A DNA stretch of 64,000 bases, taken from Clostridia bacterium (lineage in GTDB: Bacteria; Bacillota; Clostridia; Oscillospirales; CAG-272). Below, one piece after another: positions 40,238 through 50,582 of the stretch. The first letter of the stretch is position 1, and the number at the start of each line of letters is the position of its first letter. A program made the position numbers and the translations under genes. The DNA lies in contig JAFQPR010000103.1 of the NCBI GenBank assembly GCA_017411605.1, positions 8,732-72,731 on the forward strand. Reading direction: 5' to 3'. The notes beneath the pieces were generated by a model. It saw only the letters and a program-made list of their open reading frames with translations. It was not told the origin of the DNA and made no database searches.

Positions 40238-42646
40238 TTATTCACCGTGTATAAAACAATACGAATTAAATTGTTTTTTGCGTTTTCCTCTGCCTACATA
40301 ATCTCCTTCTTCTATATAATTATAATAGAATGGTACATCGTAGCTCTCCGGCATTGGCAAGCTACCGTCGGTTTTCATATAGACGTAATCCGCATCGCTA
40401 ATTATAATTTCTTTCGGAAAATGGCGGTCGTTTATTAGAAGAAGCGCAATATCCTTAACATCCTCCTCGGGGCAGCTTTCATTTGCCATCCCCTCAGCAA
40501 AAACATCGTATTTGCAAATAATATGCCTTTTGCAATCACCTTTAGGCTCAGTTCCTTTTATAAAAAAGCCGTAATCGCACCTATCTCCTCTGGGGTCTTT
40601 TTTACACTTTTCTGTAAAACATTTACCCGAATCACAACAAAAATCTCTTTTGATTAAACCGATTTTAGAAAAGCTTTTGATTTCGCTATCTTTTTTATTT
40701 TTTAATACACTATCGTGAACATCCTTCATTATATCGTCCCAAATCTTCAGATGAGTCGGATACACGCTGCCCACAGAACTATCCGAGTTTATATATCCGC
40801 ACCATATACCCGCCGTATAATACGGAGTGTATCCTATAAATAATCTATCCTTATCATCTCCCGAGGTTCCTGTTTTTCCTGCGGTGTCAACTGTGTTTTT
40901 CAAGGTGATTTTTGATGCCGTACCGTTCTCTGTTACGTTCATAAGCATCTGATTCATCACTCGCATCGCTTCTTTTGTAAACAACTCTTTCTCTGCAGGA
41001 GAATTATCAATAATCAAATTACCGTCAGAGTCAAACACCGCAATAAAGCTGCGACCTTCTGTAAACAGTCCTTCGCGAGGAAAAACAGTATATGCCTCGG
41101 TCATGCGCCTAAGACTGACTCCATAGCTTAATTGACCAAGAGCAAGTGGCGCAGCTGCAAGGTCGGTCAATTTATTTCCGTTCTTATCATAGGCACTTAA
41201 TGTCAGTGTATCAAAATTGAAATCATTTTTAAGATTTTTATATATTTTTTCAGCTCCAAGCATTTTATAAAGTCTTATAGCGACGGTGTTTTTGGATAAC
41301 CTGAGGGCATCGTTTACAGTTGTTAATCCATCATAAACCGATGGATAATTCTTAGGGTATTCTACGTAACCGTTACCAATCTTATTAAACTCAATCGGCA
41401 CGTCATCAAATACCGTAGCCCAAGTGATTCTTTTCTCGTTTATTAATGGAGCATATAATGCCAAAGGCTTAAGTGAAGAGCCCGGAGTATGAGGACAGGT
41501 CGCAAGATTAAGCAGACGATTCCCTCTTTTTTCTCCCATCGAGCCCACTATTCCAACAAGATTTCCCGTTACGGAATCACAAATAGCCATTGCATAATTG
41601 AGTCCATAAGCAGTTTTTCCTGAAAAGTTTTTTTCGTTTTCAAAATAATCCTCAAGCTTTTCCTGAATATAAGGATCTTCGGTCGTATATATTTTCAAGC
41701 CGCCGTTTATCAAGAGTGCCTCAGCAGAAGCTCGTGATACAGAGTATTTTTCCGAGATAGCTTCAATAACGTCATTATTTACAGTTTCAATAAACCACGA
41801 ATTGTATTCTTGTTCAACATTTTCTTTTTGTGTTATTTTCAATTCGTCCTTAATAGCTTCTTTATATTGCTCCGCATTGATAACACCGAAATCAAGCATT
41901 GCGAACAAAACGTCATTTCTTTTTTTTAAGCAAGCTTCGGGATTAATTCGCGGATTATACTTAGTCGGCGCATTGGTTATTCCGACAAGGGTTGCCGCTT
42001 CCGAAAGGTTTATTTCGTCTATATCTTTACCGAAATAATTTTCCGCAGCAAAGGAAACTCCTGTAATGTTTTCGCCAAAAGGTATGATATTTAAATATAC
42101 CTCGAGAATTTCATTCTTAGTATGAGTTTTCTCAATATTGTACGCTCTTATTATTTCATTAAACTTACGCTTCAGCGTTACCTCGTTATCTCCACTTATA
42201 TTTTTAATGACCTGCTGAGTTACAGTAGAAGCTCCAAAAGTATTCTTTACGTGAAAAACCGAATTAAAAAGTGCATATAACGTTCTTATAATATCAACAC
42301 CCGAATGCGAATAGAACTTTCTGTCTTCCATGGCTAAAAAGCCATTTATTAAATTTTGCGGAACAGCTTTTAATTCCACCCACCGTTTTTTATTCTCACC
42401 AAGAACAACACTTTTATATAAAACAGGATCGTATTCCGACAAATAGTATGCATTTGCGCCTCTATCGTAATAATACTCGGTTACAGTGCTCCCCTTCGCA
42501 AGAGAAAACATAAGTTCGTCGCTGTTTAAATCTATATTCTTTTTTGAATAAACTACTGTAAATATGACAGCTGCAAGCGCGGTAAGTGAAACCGATAGCA
42601 GTAAAATACAAGTAATAACAATTATTTTTCCATTTCTTTTTTTCAT
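40238..42646 (-). CDS. Class A penicillin-binding protein (transglycosylase + transpeptidase)
   Basis: EDRKFYSH.G, GASTVTQQ, RKFNE and YLN motifs; SSLK, SKN and KTG motifs. Confidence 0.93.
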   Translation of the reverse strand: MKKRNGKIIVITCILLLSVSLTALAAVIFTVVYSKKNIDLNSDELMFSLAKGSTVTEYYYDRGANAYYLSEYDPVLYKSVVLGENKKRWVELKAVPQNLINGFLAMEDRKFYSHSGVDIIRTLYALFNSVFHVKNTFGASTVTQQVIKNISGDNEVTLKRKFNEIIRAYNIEKTHTKNEILEVYLNIIPFGENITGVSFAAENYFGKDIDEINLSEAATLVGITNAPTKYNPRINPEACLKKRNDVLFAMLDFGVINAEQYKEAIKDELKITQKENVEQEYNSWFIETVNNDVIEAISEKYSVSRASAEALLINGGLKIYTTEDPYIQEKLEDYFENEKNFSGKTAYGLNYAMAICDSVTGNLVGIVGSMGEKRGNRLLNLATCPHTPGSSLKPLALYAPLINEKRITWATVFDDVPIEFNKIGNGYVEYPKNYPSVYDGLTTVNDALRLSKNTVAIRLYKMLGAEKIYKNLKNDFNFDTLTLSAYDKNGNKLTDLAAAPLALGQLSYGVSLRRMTEAYTVFPREGLFTEGRSFIAVFDSDGNLIIDNSPAEKELFTKEAMRVMNQMLMNVTENGTASKITLKNTVDTAGKTGTSGDDKDRLFIGYTPYYTAGIWCGYINSDSSVGSVYPTHLKIWDDIMKDVHDSVLKNKKDSEIKSFSKIGLIKRDFCCDSGKCFTEKCKKDPRGDRCDYGFFIKGTEPKGDCKRHIICKYDVFAEGMANESCPEEDVKDIALLLINDRHFPKEIIISDADYVYMKTDGSLPMPESYDVPFYYNYIEEGDYVGRGKRKKQFNSYCFIHGE

Positions 42647-42699
42647 AAAAAAACTCCGTGCGGTTTTTTAAATCTTGCCACACGGAGAATTTTTTATTA
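42647..42699 (-). promoter_or_regulatory. truA terminator sequestering the PBP RBS, overlapped by a sigmaF-like promoter
   Basis: CTCCGTGTGG/CCGCACGGAG stem + T7 + ATG; TAATA-N15-GGCAAGATT. Confidence 0.55.
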
Positions 42700-42725
42700 T
42701 ATAAATAATATGGTAACTTTGGAAA

Positions 42726-43484
42726 TTATAATAATTTATCGCCGTAGTCAACACGGTTAAGATAAAGACCGTCTGCAGGAGCTGTCATTCCCGCTTTTGA
42801 TCTGTCACGTGAATCAATAATGGTTTTAATATCTTCGGGGGTAAATCTGCCAAACGCGACCTCTGTAAGAGTACCCGTAATTATTCTTACCATATTGTAT
42901 AGAAAACCATCGGCGTGAATGCGAAGCTCTATTATATCTCCGTTTCGTTCTATTTTGATGTAATCAACATTACGCAAGGTATCTTCGGTATCTGACCCTG
43001 CCGCCATGAATGCAGAAAAATCATGTTTTCCCAAAATATACTTTGCTCCGGATCTCATAAGGTCGAGTCCTTCATCCGATATAAGGCGTGGTAAAAACCA
43101 CGCTCTATGAGTTTCGAAGGGATTTTGTACTCTCGTATTAAGTATTCTGTAAAGATATTCTTTTCCGACGGCATCGTAACGCGGATGAAAGCTATCATCA
43201 CACTCTTTTGCGTAAAACATAGATATATCTTCGGGCAGAAATCTTGCAATTGCCAACGGAAGCTTATCAGCAGGTACTGTTCCGCCTTCGTTTTCGATGG
43301 TCAAGCAAAACTCATTTGCGTGAACTCCGCCATCGGTTCTGCTGCATCCTGTAACGCGGCACGGAACTCCGAATACTGCATCGGCAGCAGCGCATAGCTC
43401 CCCTTGAACAGTCCTCTTATCGGGCTGTACCTGAAAACCGTGAAAGTCAGTTCCGAGATATTTTATTTTTGCAAAATATTTCAT
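42726..43484 (-). CDS. truA: tRNA pseudouridine(38-40) synthase
   Basis: SRTDGGVHA and FLYNMVRI motifs. Confidence 0.96.
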   Translation of the reverse strand: MKYFAKIKYLGTDFHGFQVQPDKRTVQGELCAAADAVFGVPCRVTGCSRTDGGVHANEFCLTIENEGGTVPADKLPLAIARFLPEDISMFYAKECDDSFHPRYDAVGKEYLYRILNTRVQNPFETHRAWFLPRLISDEGLDLMRSGAKYILGKHDFSAFMAAGSDTEDTLRNVDYIKIERNGDIIELRIHADGFLYNMVRIITGTLTEVAFGRFTPEDIKTIIDSRDRSKAGMTAPADGLYLNRVDYGDKLL

Positions 43485-43502
43485 ACAGCCCCCATAAAAG
43501 AA

Positions 43503-44369
43503 TTATATCTTATAGAAAAATACGTTGTATACCGTTTCGGGTAAGATTCCCGTAATGTGCGATGGGATTATCATAAGCGCAATAACTGCAGCGAGGAACA
43601 CAAGACCGATACCGAACCAAGCATAATCCCTGCCGCGGAACTCGAGTTTAACGAGCTTCGTTCTGTTTTTATCACCTCTGTAGCAACGGCACTCCATAGC
43701 TACCGCCAATTCGTCCGCGCGCTTAAACGAAGAAACGAAGAGCGGGATAATTATAGGAATCAATGCTTTCGCCCTCTTTATAAGCGATCCCGATGAAAAA
43801 TCAGCGCCTCTTGATTTTTGAGCGTTCATTATTTTTTCGGTTTCCTCAATAAGAGTCGGTATAAATCTCAACGCTATCGTCATCATCATTGCGAAAACGT
43901 GAACGGGAATTTTTATCTTCTTTAGCGGTGAGAGCAAGCTCTCTATTCCATCCGTCAATGATATAGGTGACGTCGTATACGTCAAAAGAACGCTTGTACC
44001 GATTATAAGAAGAATAACTCTCAATGCCATAAACACAGCCCTTATTATGCCCTCTTTGTATATTTCTATAAAGTAGAAATCAACAAGAGGCTGACTCTCG
44101 CCTTTAGTCATAAATAAATTAATGAGCGCTGTAAAAATAAGAACGTAAATTATCGGCTTTACACCCTTCAAAATAACCCTGATTGAAATTCTGCTAAGTA
44201 GGATAAGAGATATAACCGACAGAAGAATGGTTAAAAATCCCAAAGGTGTATTAACAAGAAATACAGTAACTATAAATAACACCGTAAGAATTATCTTCGT
44301 TCTCGGGTCGAGCTTATGAATGCAGGAATCCCCCGGAAAGTACTGACCTAAGGTAATGTCTGAAATCAT
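43503..44369 (-). CDS. ecfT: ECF transporter transmembrane component T
   Basis: LDPRTK, ALRFIP, AQKSRG and AMECRCY motifs. Confidence 0.93.
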   Translation of the reverse strand: MISDITLGQYFPGDSCIHKLDPRTKIILTVLFIVTVFLVNTPLGFLTILLSVISLILLSRISIRVILKGVKPIIYVLIFTALINLFMTKGESQPLVDFYFIEIYKEGIIRAVFMALRVILLIIGTSVLLTYTTSPISLTDGIESLLSPLKKIKIPVHVFAMMMTIALRFIPTLIEETEKIMNAQKSRGADFSSGSLIKRAKALIPIIIPLFVSSFKRADELAVAMECRCYRGDKNRTKLVKLEFRGRDYAWFGIGLVFLAAVIALMIIPSHITGILPETVYNVFFYKI

Positions 44370-45226
44370 TTTGCATTACCTCCAAGATAGTTTATTATCG
44401 CATCCCGAACACCGCCTACCGTATAAAGCTTTCCTTCAAGCTCTATACCGCACGCCTTAAGTCTTGATGCTATTTTCGAAATAACGGGAACGTCAAGACC
44501 TATAGCTTCAAGCTCGGTAGCAGATGAGAAAATTTCATCCACCGTTCCCGCTTTATATACTTTTGAATCGCTCATAACGACAACGTTATCGCAATAATAA
44601 GCCATATCCTCCATAGAATGACTTACCAAAATAAGCGTAACACCGCTTTCCTTAACGTAATCGGAGAGTCCTCCGAGTATTTCCCTTCTTCCTCTCGGGT
44701 CAAGTCCCGCCGCGGGTTCGTCAAGAACGAGAACCTCGGGACGCATTGCCAGAATACCCGCTATTGCTACTCGGCGCTTCTGACCTCCCGATAATTCAAA
44801 CGGAGATTTTTCAAGCAGATCTTCGGTTATTCCGGTAAATCTTATAGCTTCGTTTACGCGCTCGTTAATCTCCTCATCGGAAAGCCCCTGATTTCTTGGC
44901 CCGAATTCAATATCACGTCTTACCGTTTCGTCAAAAAGCTGGTATTCGGGATACTGCATTACAAGACCGACTCTGAATCTTATTTTGCTGATTTCCGAAG
45001 GCTTTTGCCAAATATTCACTCCGTCAAGTAAAACTTCGCCTTCTTCGGGCTTATAAAGTCCGTTAAGCAAGCTTACGAGAGTTGATTTTCCCGAGCCCGT
45101 ATGCCCTATAAGTCCTGTGATTTTTCCTTTTTCAAAGGAAACGGATACGTTATCAAGCGCTAATTTCTCAAACGGTGTTCCTTTGCCGTAAAGGAATGAC
45201 ACTCCTTTAACTTCAAGCTTTGTCAT
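44366..45226 (-). CDS. ecfA2: ECF transporter ATPase A2
   Basis: GTPFE, GHTGSGKS, QYPEYQLF and SPFELSGGQ motifs. Confidence 0.93.
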   Translation of the reverse strand: MTKLEVKGVSFLYGKGTPFEKLALDNVSVSFEKGKITGLIGHTGSGKSTLVSLLNGLYKPEEGEVLLDGVNIWQKPSEISKIRFRVGLVMQYPEYQLFDETVRRDIEFGPRNQGLSDEEINERVNEAIRFTGITEDLLEKSPFELSGGQKRRVAIAGILAMRPEVLVLDEPAAGLDPRGRREILGGLSDYVKESGVTLILVSHSMEDMAYYCDNVVVMSDSKVYKAGTVDEIFSSATELEAIGLDVPVISKIASRLKACGIELEGKLYTVGGVRDAIINYLGGNAK

Positions 45227-45227
45227 C

Positions 45228-46127
45228 TTACAGCCTACCTCCCTTCTGCGAAAGAAGAGCCTTTAATGCATCAAAGCACTCATCCTCGGTTATCGCATCC
45301 GAAGGAACGTCATAACCCAGTTTTGATAATTCTGCTAAAAGCTCAGTTCCTTGAGGTGATTCAAGACCTATGCTATGAAGAAGATCTACTTTTGAGAATA
45401 TTTGCTTTGCAGTACCGTCAGCGAGAAGCTTACCGTCGTTGATAATCAAGACTCGATCTGCTCTTGCCGCCTCTTCCATATAGTGAGTGATATTAATAAC
45501 CGTTATGTTTTCCTCTCGGTTAAGCTTCTCCATAATGTTCAAGACCTCACGTCTGCCAAGCGGATCAAGCATTGCAGTCGATTCGTCGAATATTATTACC
45601 TCGGGGTGCATCGCTATGATACCCGCTATAGCAACTCTTTGTTTCTGACCTCCCGAAAGTTTATGAGGAGCGTGACGCGCGTAATCCGTCATATCAACGA
45701 CCTTCAACGCCTCGTCCACTCTTTTTCTAATTTCAGAGCGTTCAATTCCGAGATTTTCAGGTCCGAAAGCAACGTCTTCCTCAACGATGGTAGCAACGAG
45801 CTGATTGTCGGGATTTTGGAAAACCATTCCGATCTTGCTTCTTATATCAAAGATGTCATCCTCAGTCATTTCCTCAGAAGTTATGTCTTTTCCGTTAATA
45901 TAGATTTTGCCGTACGTCGGCTGCAATATTAAATTAAGCAACTTAGCAAAAGTCGATTTTCCCGAGCCGTTATGACCGAGTACCGCAATATACTCGCCTC
46001 TATTTATTGATACGGTGACGTTATCAAGTGCGGGAGGCGGAAGGATAACCTTTTCCTGCTCTGCGTCATCATCGTAAACAAAGCTCAGATTTTCACATCT
46101 TAATGCTCTTATGTTGTAATTATCCAT
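45228..46127 (-). CDS. ecfA1: ECF transporter ATPase A1
   Basis: GHNGSGKS, FQNPDNQ and LSGGQKQ motifs; likely start ATG 46127. Confidence 0.92.
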   Translation of the reverse strand: MDNYNIRALRCENLSFVYDDDAEQEKVILPPPALDNVTVSINRGEYIAVLGHNGSGKSTFAKLLNLILQPTYGKIYINGKDITSEEMTEDDIFDIRSKIGMVFQNPDNQLVATIVEEDVAFGPENLGIERSEIRKRVDEALKVVDMTDYARHAPHKLSGGQKQRVAIAGIIAMHPEVIIFDESTAMLDPLGRREVLNIMEKLNREENITVINITHYMEEAARADRVLIINDGKLLADGTAKQIFSKVDLLHSIGLESPQGTELLAELSKLGYDVPSDAITEDECFDALKALLSQKGGRL

Positions 46128-46146
46128 TTTAAATCCAATTCTTATC

Positions 46147-47010
46147 TTAATCAAATACTACTCTTACACTCGAACCGCAAGGTAGATGCAAACCGCTGTC
46201 CTTAACGGGAATTCCGATTTCATCTGCCATACTTGTACCTTTATTATGATCGAGTAAACGTATATTTGTAATATACTTCATAGTTGAAGCAGAAAGTCCT
46301 GTAGTGTAGGAATTCAAAAGGAAGAATAAAGGCTTATCCGAAAGAATACTAGCAGTTAACTTTACAAAATCGTCAATACTCTCTTCTATTTTCCATACCT
46401 CACCCGTGGGTCCTCTGCCGTATGATGGAGGATCCATTATGATCGCATCGTATTTTTTACCTCTGCGTATTTCACGCTCGATAAATTTTTTACAATCGTC
46501 AACGATATACCGAATAGGAGCATCTTCCAGCCCTGAAAGTCTTGCATTCTCTTTAGCCTGCGCAACCATTCCCTTAGATGCGTCAACGTGACATACGGAA
46601 GCTCCTGCTTTTGCGCAAGCGACGGTTGCTCCGCCTGTGTATGCGAAAAGATTCAGTACGTTGATCGGACGTCCCGCATTTTCAATAAGCTCACGCATCC
46701 AATCCCAATTCGTTGCTTGCTCGGGAAAAAGCCCCGTATGCTTAAATCCCATCGGCTTTATACGGAAAGTTAAATCGCGATAATTGATCGTCCATGATTC
46801 GGGAAGTTTATTTTCACTCCAGGCACCGCCGCCCGAATTACTTCTTCGATAGCTTGCATCGGCGCGTCGCCACAACGGATTCTTTTTTTCACTTTTCCAT
46901 ATTACCTGCGGATCGGGACGAATCAAGCTGTATTTTCCCCAAAGCTCAAGCTTCTCGCCGCAAGAGGTATCAAGTATTATATAGTCTTTCCATTTATCTG
47001 CAATCCACAT
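46147..47010 (-). CDS. Class I SAM-dependent methyltransferase (RlmI/COG1092-like)
   Basis: HTGLFPEQ, LNLFAYTGG and DPPSY motifs. Confidence 0.88.
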   Translation of the reverse strand: MWIADKWKDYIILDTSCGEKLELWGKYSLIRPDPQVIWKSEKKNPLWRRADASYRRSNSGGGAWSENKLPESWTINYRDLTFRIKPMGFKHTGLFPEQATNWDWMRELIENAGRPINVLNLFAYTGGATVACAKAGASVCHVDASKGMVAQAKENARLSGLEDAPIRYIVDDCKKFIEREIRRGKKYDAIIMDPPSYGRGPTGEVWKIEESIDDFVKLTASILSDKPLFFLLNSYTTGLSASTMKYITNIRLLDHNKGTSMADEIGIPVKDSGLHLPCGSSVRVVFD

Positions 47011-47018
47011 AAAGAGTC

Positions 47019-47519
47019 CTACCTCTTATTAAAATATTTTCCCATAGCCGATCCCGCACACTGTGCATGACAAAGTGCTATGGCAACCGCATCTGCCGTA
47101 TCATCCGGTTTTGGCGGTCCCGGCAGCTTAAGTATCGAAGTGACCATCGCGATTACCTGATGCTTTTCTGCCTTTCCGTATCCGACAACGGCCTGCTTTA
47201 CCTGAAGCGGAGTATATTCGCTGATTTTTATATTGCGCTTATATGCCGTACAAAGGATAACTCCTCTTGCCTCGGCTACCGCTATACCCGTTGTGATATT
47301 AGTATTAAAGAACAGCTCTTCTATTGCCATTTCATCGGGTTTATATTTATCTATTATCTCACAAAGATCGCTCTCTATCATAGCAAGCCTGGATTCAAGC
47401 AAAGTATGAGCGGGAGTTCTTATGGCACCGTATGCAACAGGCCGCGTATTTCCTCTATGACTTTCGATAACCGCCCATCCAACAATGGCAAATCCCGGGT
47501 CTATTCCAAGAATTATCAT
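47019..47519 (-). CDS. ruvC: Holliday junction resolvase
   Basis: ILGIDPG, IEELFF and DDTADAVA motifs. Confidence 0.96.
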   Translation of the reverse strand: MIILGIDPGFAIVGWAVIESHRGNTRPVAYGAIRTPAHTLLESRLAMIESDLCEIIDKYKPDEMAIEELFFNTNITTGIAVAEARGVILCTAYKRNIKISEYTPLQVKQAVVGYGKAEKHQVIAMVTSILKLPGPPKPDDTADAVAIALCHAQCAGSAMGKYFNKR

Positions 47520-47553
47520 ATACTCCTCCCTTCAAATACTTTTTTATCATTCT

Positions 47554-47648
47554 ATTGTATCATAAATTTAACTTTCAGTCAATCATTTCTCAAAAAAATA
47601 TAAAAATATATAAAAATTCTTTACTTTTAAAATATTTTGTGTTAATAT
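47554..47648. promoter_or_regulatory. Divergent sigmaA promoters for ruvC and DUF951-ruvAB
   Basis: Minus: TTGACT-N17-TACAAT (47582-47554). Plus: TTTACT-N17-TAATAT (47620-47648). Both have extended TG. Confidence 0.55.
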
Positions 47649-47682
47649 ATATATTGGATATTTTTTTACTTTGGAGGGCGTT

Positions 47683-47898
47683 ATGTCGATTATAAAATTT
47701 TCGGTCGGTGATATTCTGGTTTTAAAAAAGAAACATCCTTGCGACTCACATAATTTTATGGTGCTCAGAATGGGAAGCGACGTCAGAATAGTTTGCTGCG
47801 GTTGCGGCAGAGATATGACCATGCCTCGCGAAACGCTCGAAAAAGCTATAAAAAAGGTTATCCCGAGTGAAGACAGTAACAAAAAGGACGGAAACTAA
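47683..47898 (+). CDS. DUF951 family small protein
   Basis: VGDI..LKKKHPC...RMGSD.RI.C.GCG. Start ATG 47683 after GGAGG. Confidence 0.85.
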   Translation: MSIIKFSVGDILVLKKKHPCDSHNFMVLRMGSDVRIVCCGCGRDMTMPRETLEKAIKKVIPSEDSNKKDGN

Positions 47899-48510
47899 AT
47901 GTTTTATTATTTATGCGGCGAGCTTACTTATAAAGATCTCAGCACCTGCGTTATTGATTGCACAGGGGTCGGATATAAGCTTACCGTCAGTCAGATAACC
48001 TCGGAGTCCCTTGCATCCTCCGTAGGAAAAAGGGTGAAGCTTTTTACATATCTTGCGGTAAGAGAGGACGGAATTGAGCTTTTCGGATTCGGATCGGATG
48101 AGGAGCGTTCCTGCTTTAACAGACTTATATCTGTCAGCGGCGTTGGTCCGAAAGCGGCTATGAGTATTCTTTCTATTATGACACCTGCAGATTTATCTGT
48201 TGCTATTTGTACGGAAAACACAAAGGCAATAGCAAAAGCTTCGGGTATAGGCGCAAAAACCGCCGCAAGAATTATTCTTGAGCTTAAGGATAAAATATCA
48301 AAAGATATTTCCATTCCCGATGCAAATACGCTTAACGCGGGATCCTCTGCGTCAATCAAAACAGGCGGAAAGAATCTTTCAGAAGCAACCGAAGCCCTTA
48401 TGGTACTTGGATACGATAAAAGCACTATTCTTAACGTTCTTAAGGATATAGATACCAATATGGACGTTGGCGATATAATAAGAACGGCTCTTAAAAAGCT
48501 TGCGAGATAG
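47899..48510 (+). CDS. ruvA: Holliday junction branch migration protein RuvA
   Basis: GVGY, VRED..LFGF and VSGVGPK motifs. Confidence 0.95.
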   Translation: MFYYLCGELTYKDLSTCVIDCTGVGYKLTVSQITSESLASSVGKRVKLFTYLAVREDGIELFGFGSDEERSCFNRLISVSGVGPKAAMSILSIMTPADLSVAICTENTKAIAKASGIGAKTAARIILELKDKISKDISIPDANTLNAGSSASIKTGGKNLSEATEALMVLGYDKSTILNVLKDIDTNMDVGDIIRTALKKLAR

Positions 48511-48525
48511 GAGGGATAGAGACTT

Positions 48526-49563
48526 ATGATGGATGAAGTAAATGAGTTTGACTTTGAAAACAGAATAGTTTCAAACGAATACGACTCAAATCAGGATTAT
48601 GAGGTTGAAAATTCCCTTCGCCCCAAAACATTAACCGATTATATCGGTCAGGTAAAAGCAAAATCCAATCTTGAAGTTTATATAGAGAGTGCAAAAAGGC
48701 GCGGCGAGCCCTTGGATCACACACTTCTTTACGGTCCTCCCGGTCTTGGTAAAACGACTCTCGCGGGCATTATAGCTGCAGAGATGGGCGTTAATATCAG
48801 AACGACCTCGGGACCTGCTATCGAAAAGCAAGGCGATCTTGCGGCTATTCTCACAAATCTGGGTGAGGGTGACGTTCTTTTTATTGACGAGATACACCGC
48901 TTATCTAAGGCCATCGAAGAGATACTTTATCCCGCAATGGAGGATTATTCTCTCGATATTATCATCGGAAAAGGCCCAAGCGCACGTTCTATAAGACTTC
49001 CTATACCCAAATTTACTCTTATCGGAGCAACGACAAGAGCAGGTCAGCTCACCTCTCCTCTGCGTGACAGATTCGGTGTTCTTCTGAAGCTTGAGCTTTA
49101 TACCCCCGAGGAGCTTGCAAGCATCGTTAAGCGCTCTGCCGGGATACTTGAAATTGATATTACCGATGACGGCGCGCTCGGTATTGCTACCCGTTCTAGG
49201 GGCACACCCAGAATTGCAAACAGACTTCTCAAAAGGGTCCGAGATTTTGCATTGGTAAAGGGCAATGGAACTATTACGTCGGAGATTGCAAAATATGCAC
49301 TCGAAGCGCTTGAGATAGACGATCTCGGACTTGACAACACCGACAGAAAAATGCTTGAAGCAATTATCAAATATTACGGCGGAGGTCCCGTCGGACTCGA
49401 TACCTTATCAGCAACAATCGGCGAAGAAGCCATAACGATCGAGGACGTTTACGAGCCTTATCTTATGCAGATAGGTTTTCTCTCGAGAACACCTCGAGGC
49501 AGATGCGCAACAAAGCTTGCGTACGATCATCTCGGTATTCCTTTTATAGTTCAAAACAACTGA
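48526..49563 (+). CDS. ruvB: Holliday junction helicase RuvB
   Basis: [17 protein letters not shown] and RTPRGR motifs. Confidence 0.97.
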   Translation: MMDEVNEFDFENRIVSNEYDSNQDYEVENSLRPKTLTDYIGQVKAKSNLEVYIESAKRRGEPLDHTLLYGPPGLGKTTLAGIIAAEMGVNIRTTSGPAIEKQGDLAAILTNLGEGDVLFIDEIHRLSKAIEEILYPAMEDYSLDIIIGKGPSARSIRLPIPKFTLIGATTRAGQLTSPLRDRFGVLLKLELYTPEELASIVKRSAGILEIDITDDGALGIATRSRGTPRIANRLLKRVRDFALVKGNGTITSEIAKYALEALEIDDLGLDNTDRKMLEAIIKYYGGGPVGLDTLSATIGEEAITIEDVYEPYLMQIGFLSRTPRGRCATKLAYDHLGIPFIVQNN

Positions 49564-49680
49564 TTTATTAAGTTTTTTCGACATATAATGAAGCAGAAAA
49601 CGCCAGCATAGATTTTATCTATATAATATTCTTCTTATTTTCACGATTTAAAACTTAATATTTTCTTGTTTCAAATAACA

Positions 49681-49731
49681 AAAACTCTTTCGATTTTCGG
49701 ACTATAATACCACCGATCGAAAGAGTTTTTT
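49681..49731. terminator. Bidirectional terminator
   Basis: AAAACTCTTTCGAT...ATCGAAAGAGTTTT perfect 14-bp arms. Confidence 0.8.
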
Positions 49732-49745
49732 GTTTACTTTTAAAT

Positions 49746-50567
49746 TCACTTTTTAACTTCCTTAAATACAAAAACAGATCCTTCTGCTTGCCAATCATAT
49801 GCCAAACGGTTTGAATTAACTTCATTGCTCACATAGGCAACTATCTCACTGCCTTTGTATTCAAAGTACATATCTACAAACGGAGATAATGTATTTTCTC
49901 TCAGATTATTTGTTATTCCGTTTTCTATAGAAATAGTATAATATTCACCGTTTCCGATTTCGATTGCGTGAATATAATGAGGAATATTATCGATAATTAT
50001 TTCGCCTTTATAATAGCCGTCAATATATTTTGCAAGATAGAGATCAAGCTCCTCGCAATACCATTCGGAAATAGGCGTATCCGAGATTTTGCACTTTTGC
50101 TCGAACGTTATAGTGTCACCACTATATGTCCACAGTTCGGTATCAGAATTTGTTATTTCGCAACTGATAACACCATCTTTATATATGTACTCCGTAACCA
50201 AAAAGCCTGCTTCTATTCTTTCTAATTCTGCATATCCGAGCGGGTAATCATTTATCGTAACACTTGTTGAAGAATAAAAATCAAAACTCATTTGACTATA
50301 AAAGAAGTGGGCGTCTACACGATATATTCCGGAATCTGTTTTTAATTCTCCTATCATACCGCCTTCGTATGCCGTCATATAAATAGTCATATCAACTTCT
50401 CTGCATACCCACACGGTATCGGGGAAATCAGCAGTATCGGGATAAAAGCCCTGCTCTTTCATTTTGATAAATTCATCAGAAGGGCCGAAACGAATGCAGG
50501 AAATCAAATTAAATCCGATAAAAATACAAACCATTATTAAAGCTGTAATTTTAAATAAACACTTCAT
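49746..50567 (-). CDS. Hypothetical lipoprotein with an internal two-fold repeat
   Basis: Signal peptide with LISC lipobox, GAGGT RBS, duplicated W-x-C-x-E-x-D domain. Confidence 0.7.
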   Translation of the reverse strand: MKCLFKITALIMVCIFIGFNLISCIRFGPSDEFIKMKEQGFYPDTADFPDTVWVCREVDMTIYMTAYEGGMIGELKTDSGIYRVDAHFFYSQMSFDFYSSTSVTINDYPLGYAELERIEAGFLVTEYIYKDGVISCEITNSDTELWTYSGDTITFEQKCKISDTPISEWYCEELDLYLAKYIDGYYKGEIIIDNIPHYIHAIEIGNGEYYTISIENGITNNLRENTLSPFVDMYFEYKGSEIVAYVSNEVNSNRLAYDWQAEGSVFVFKEVKK

Positions 50568-50582
50568 AGCATTACCTCAAAG

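Noticed and set aside
49576-49582. Perfect Spo0A box TTCGACA
   Set aside because: A single 7-mer in a convergent spacer with no promoter to act on.
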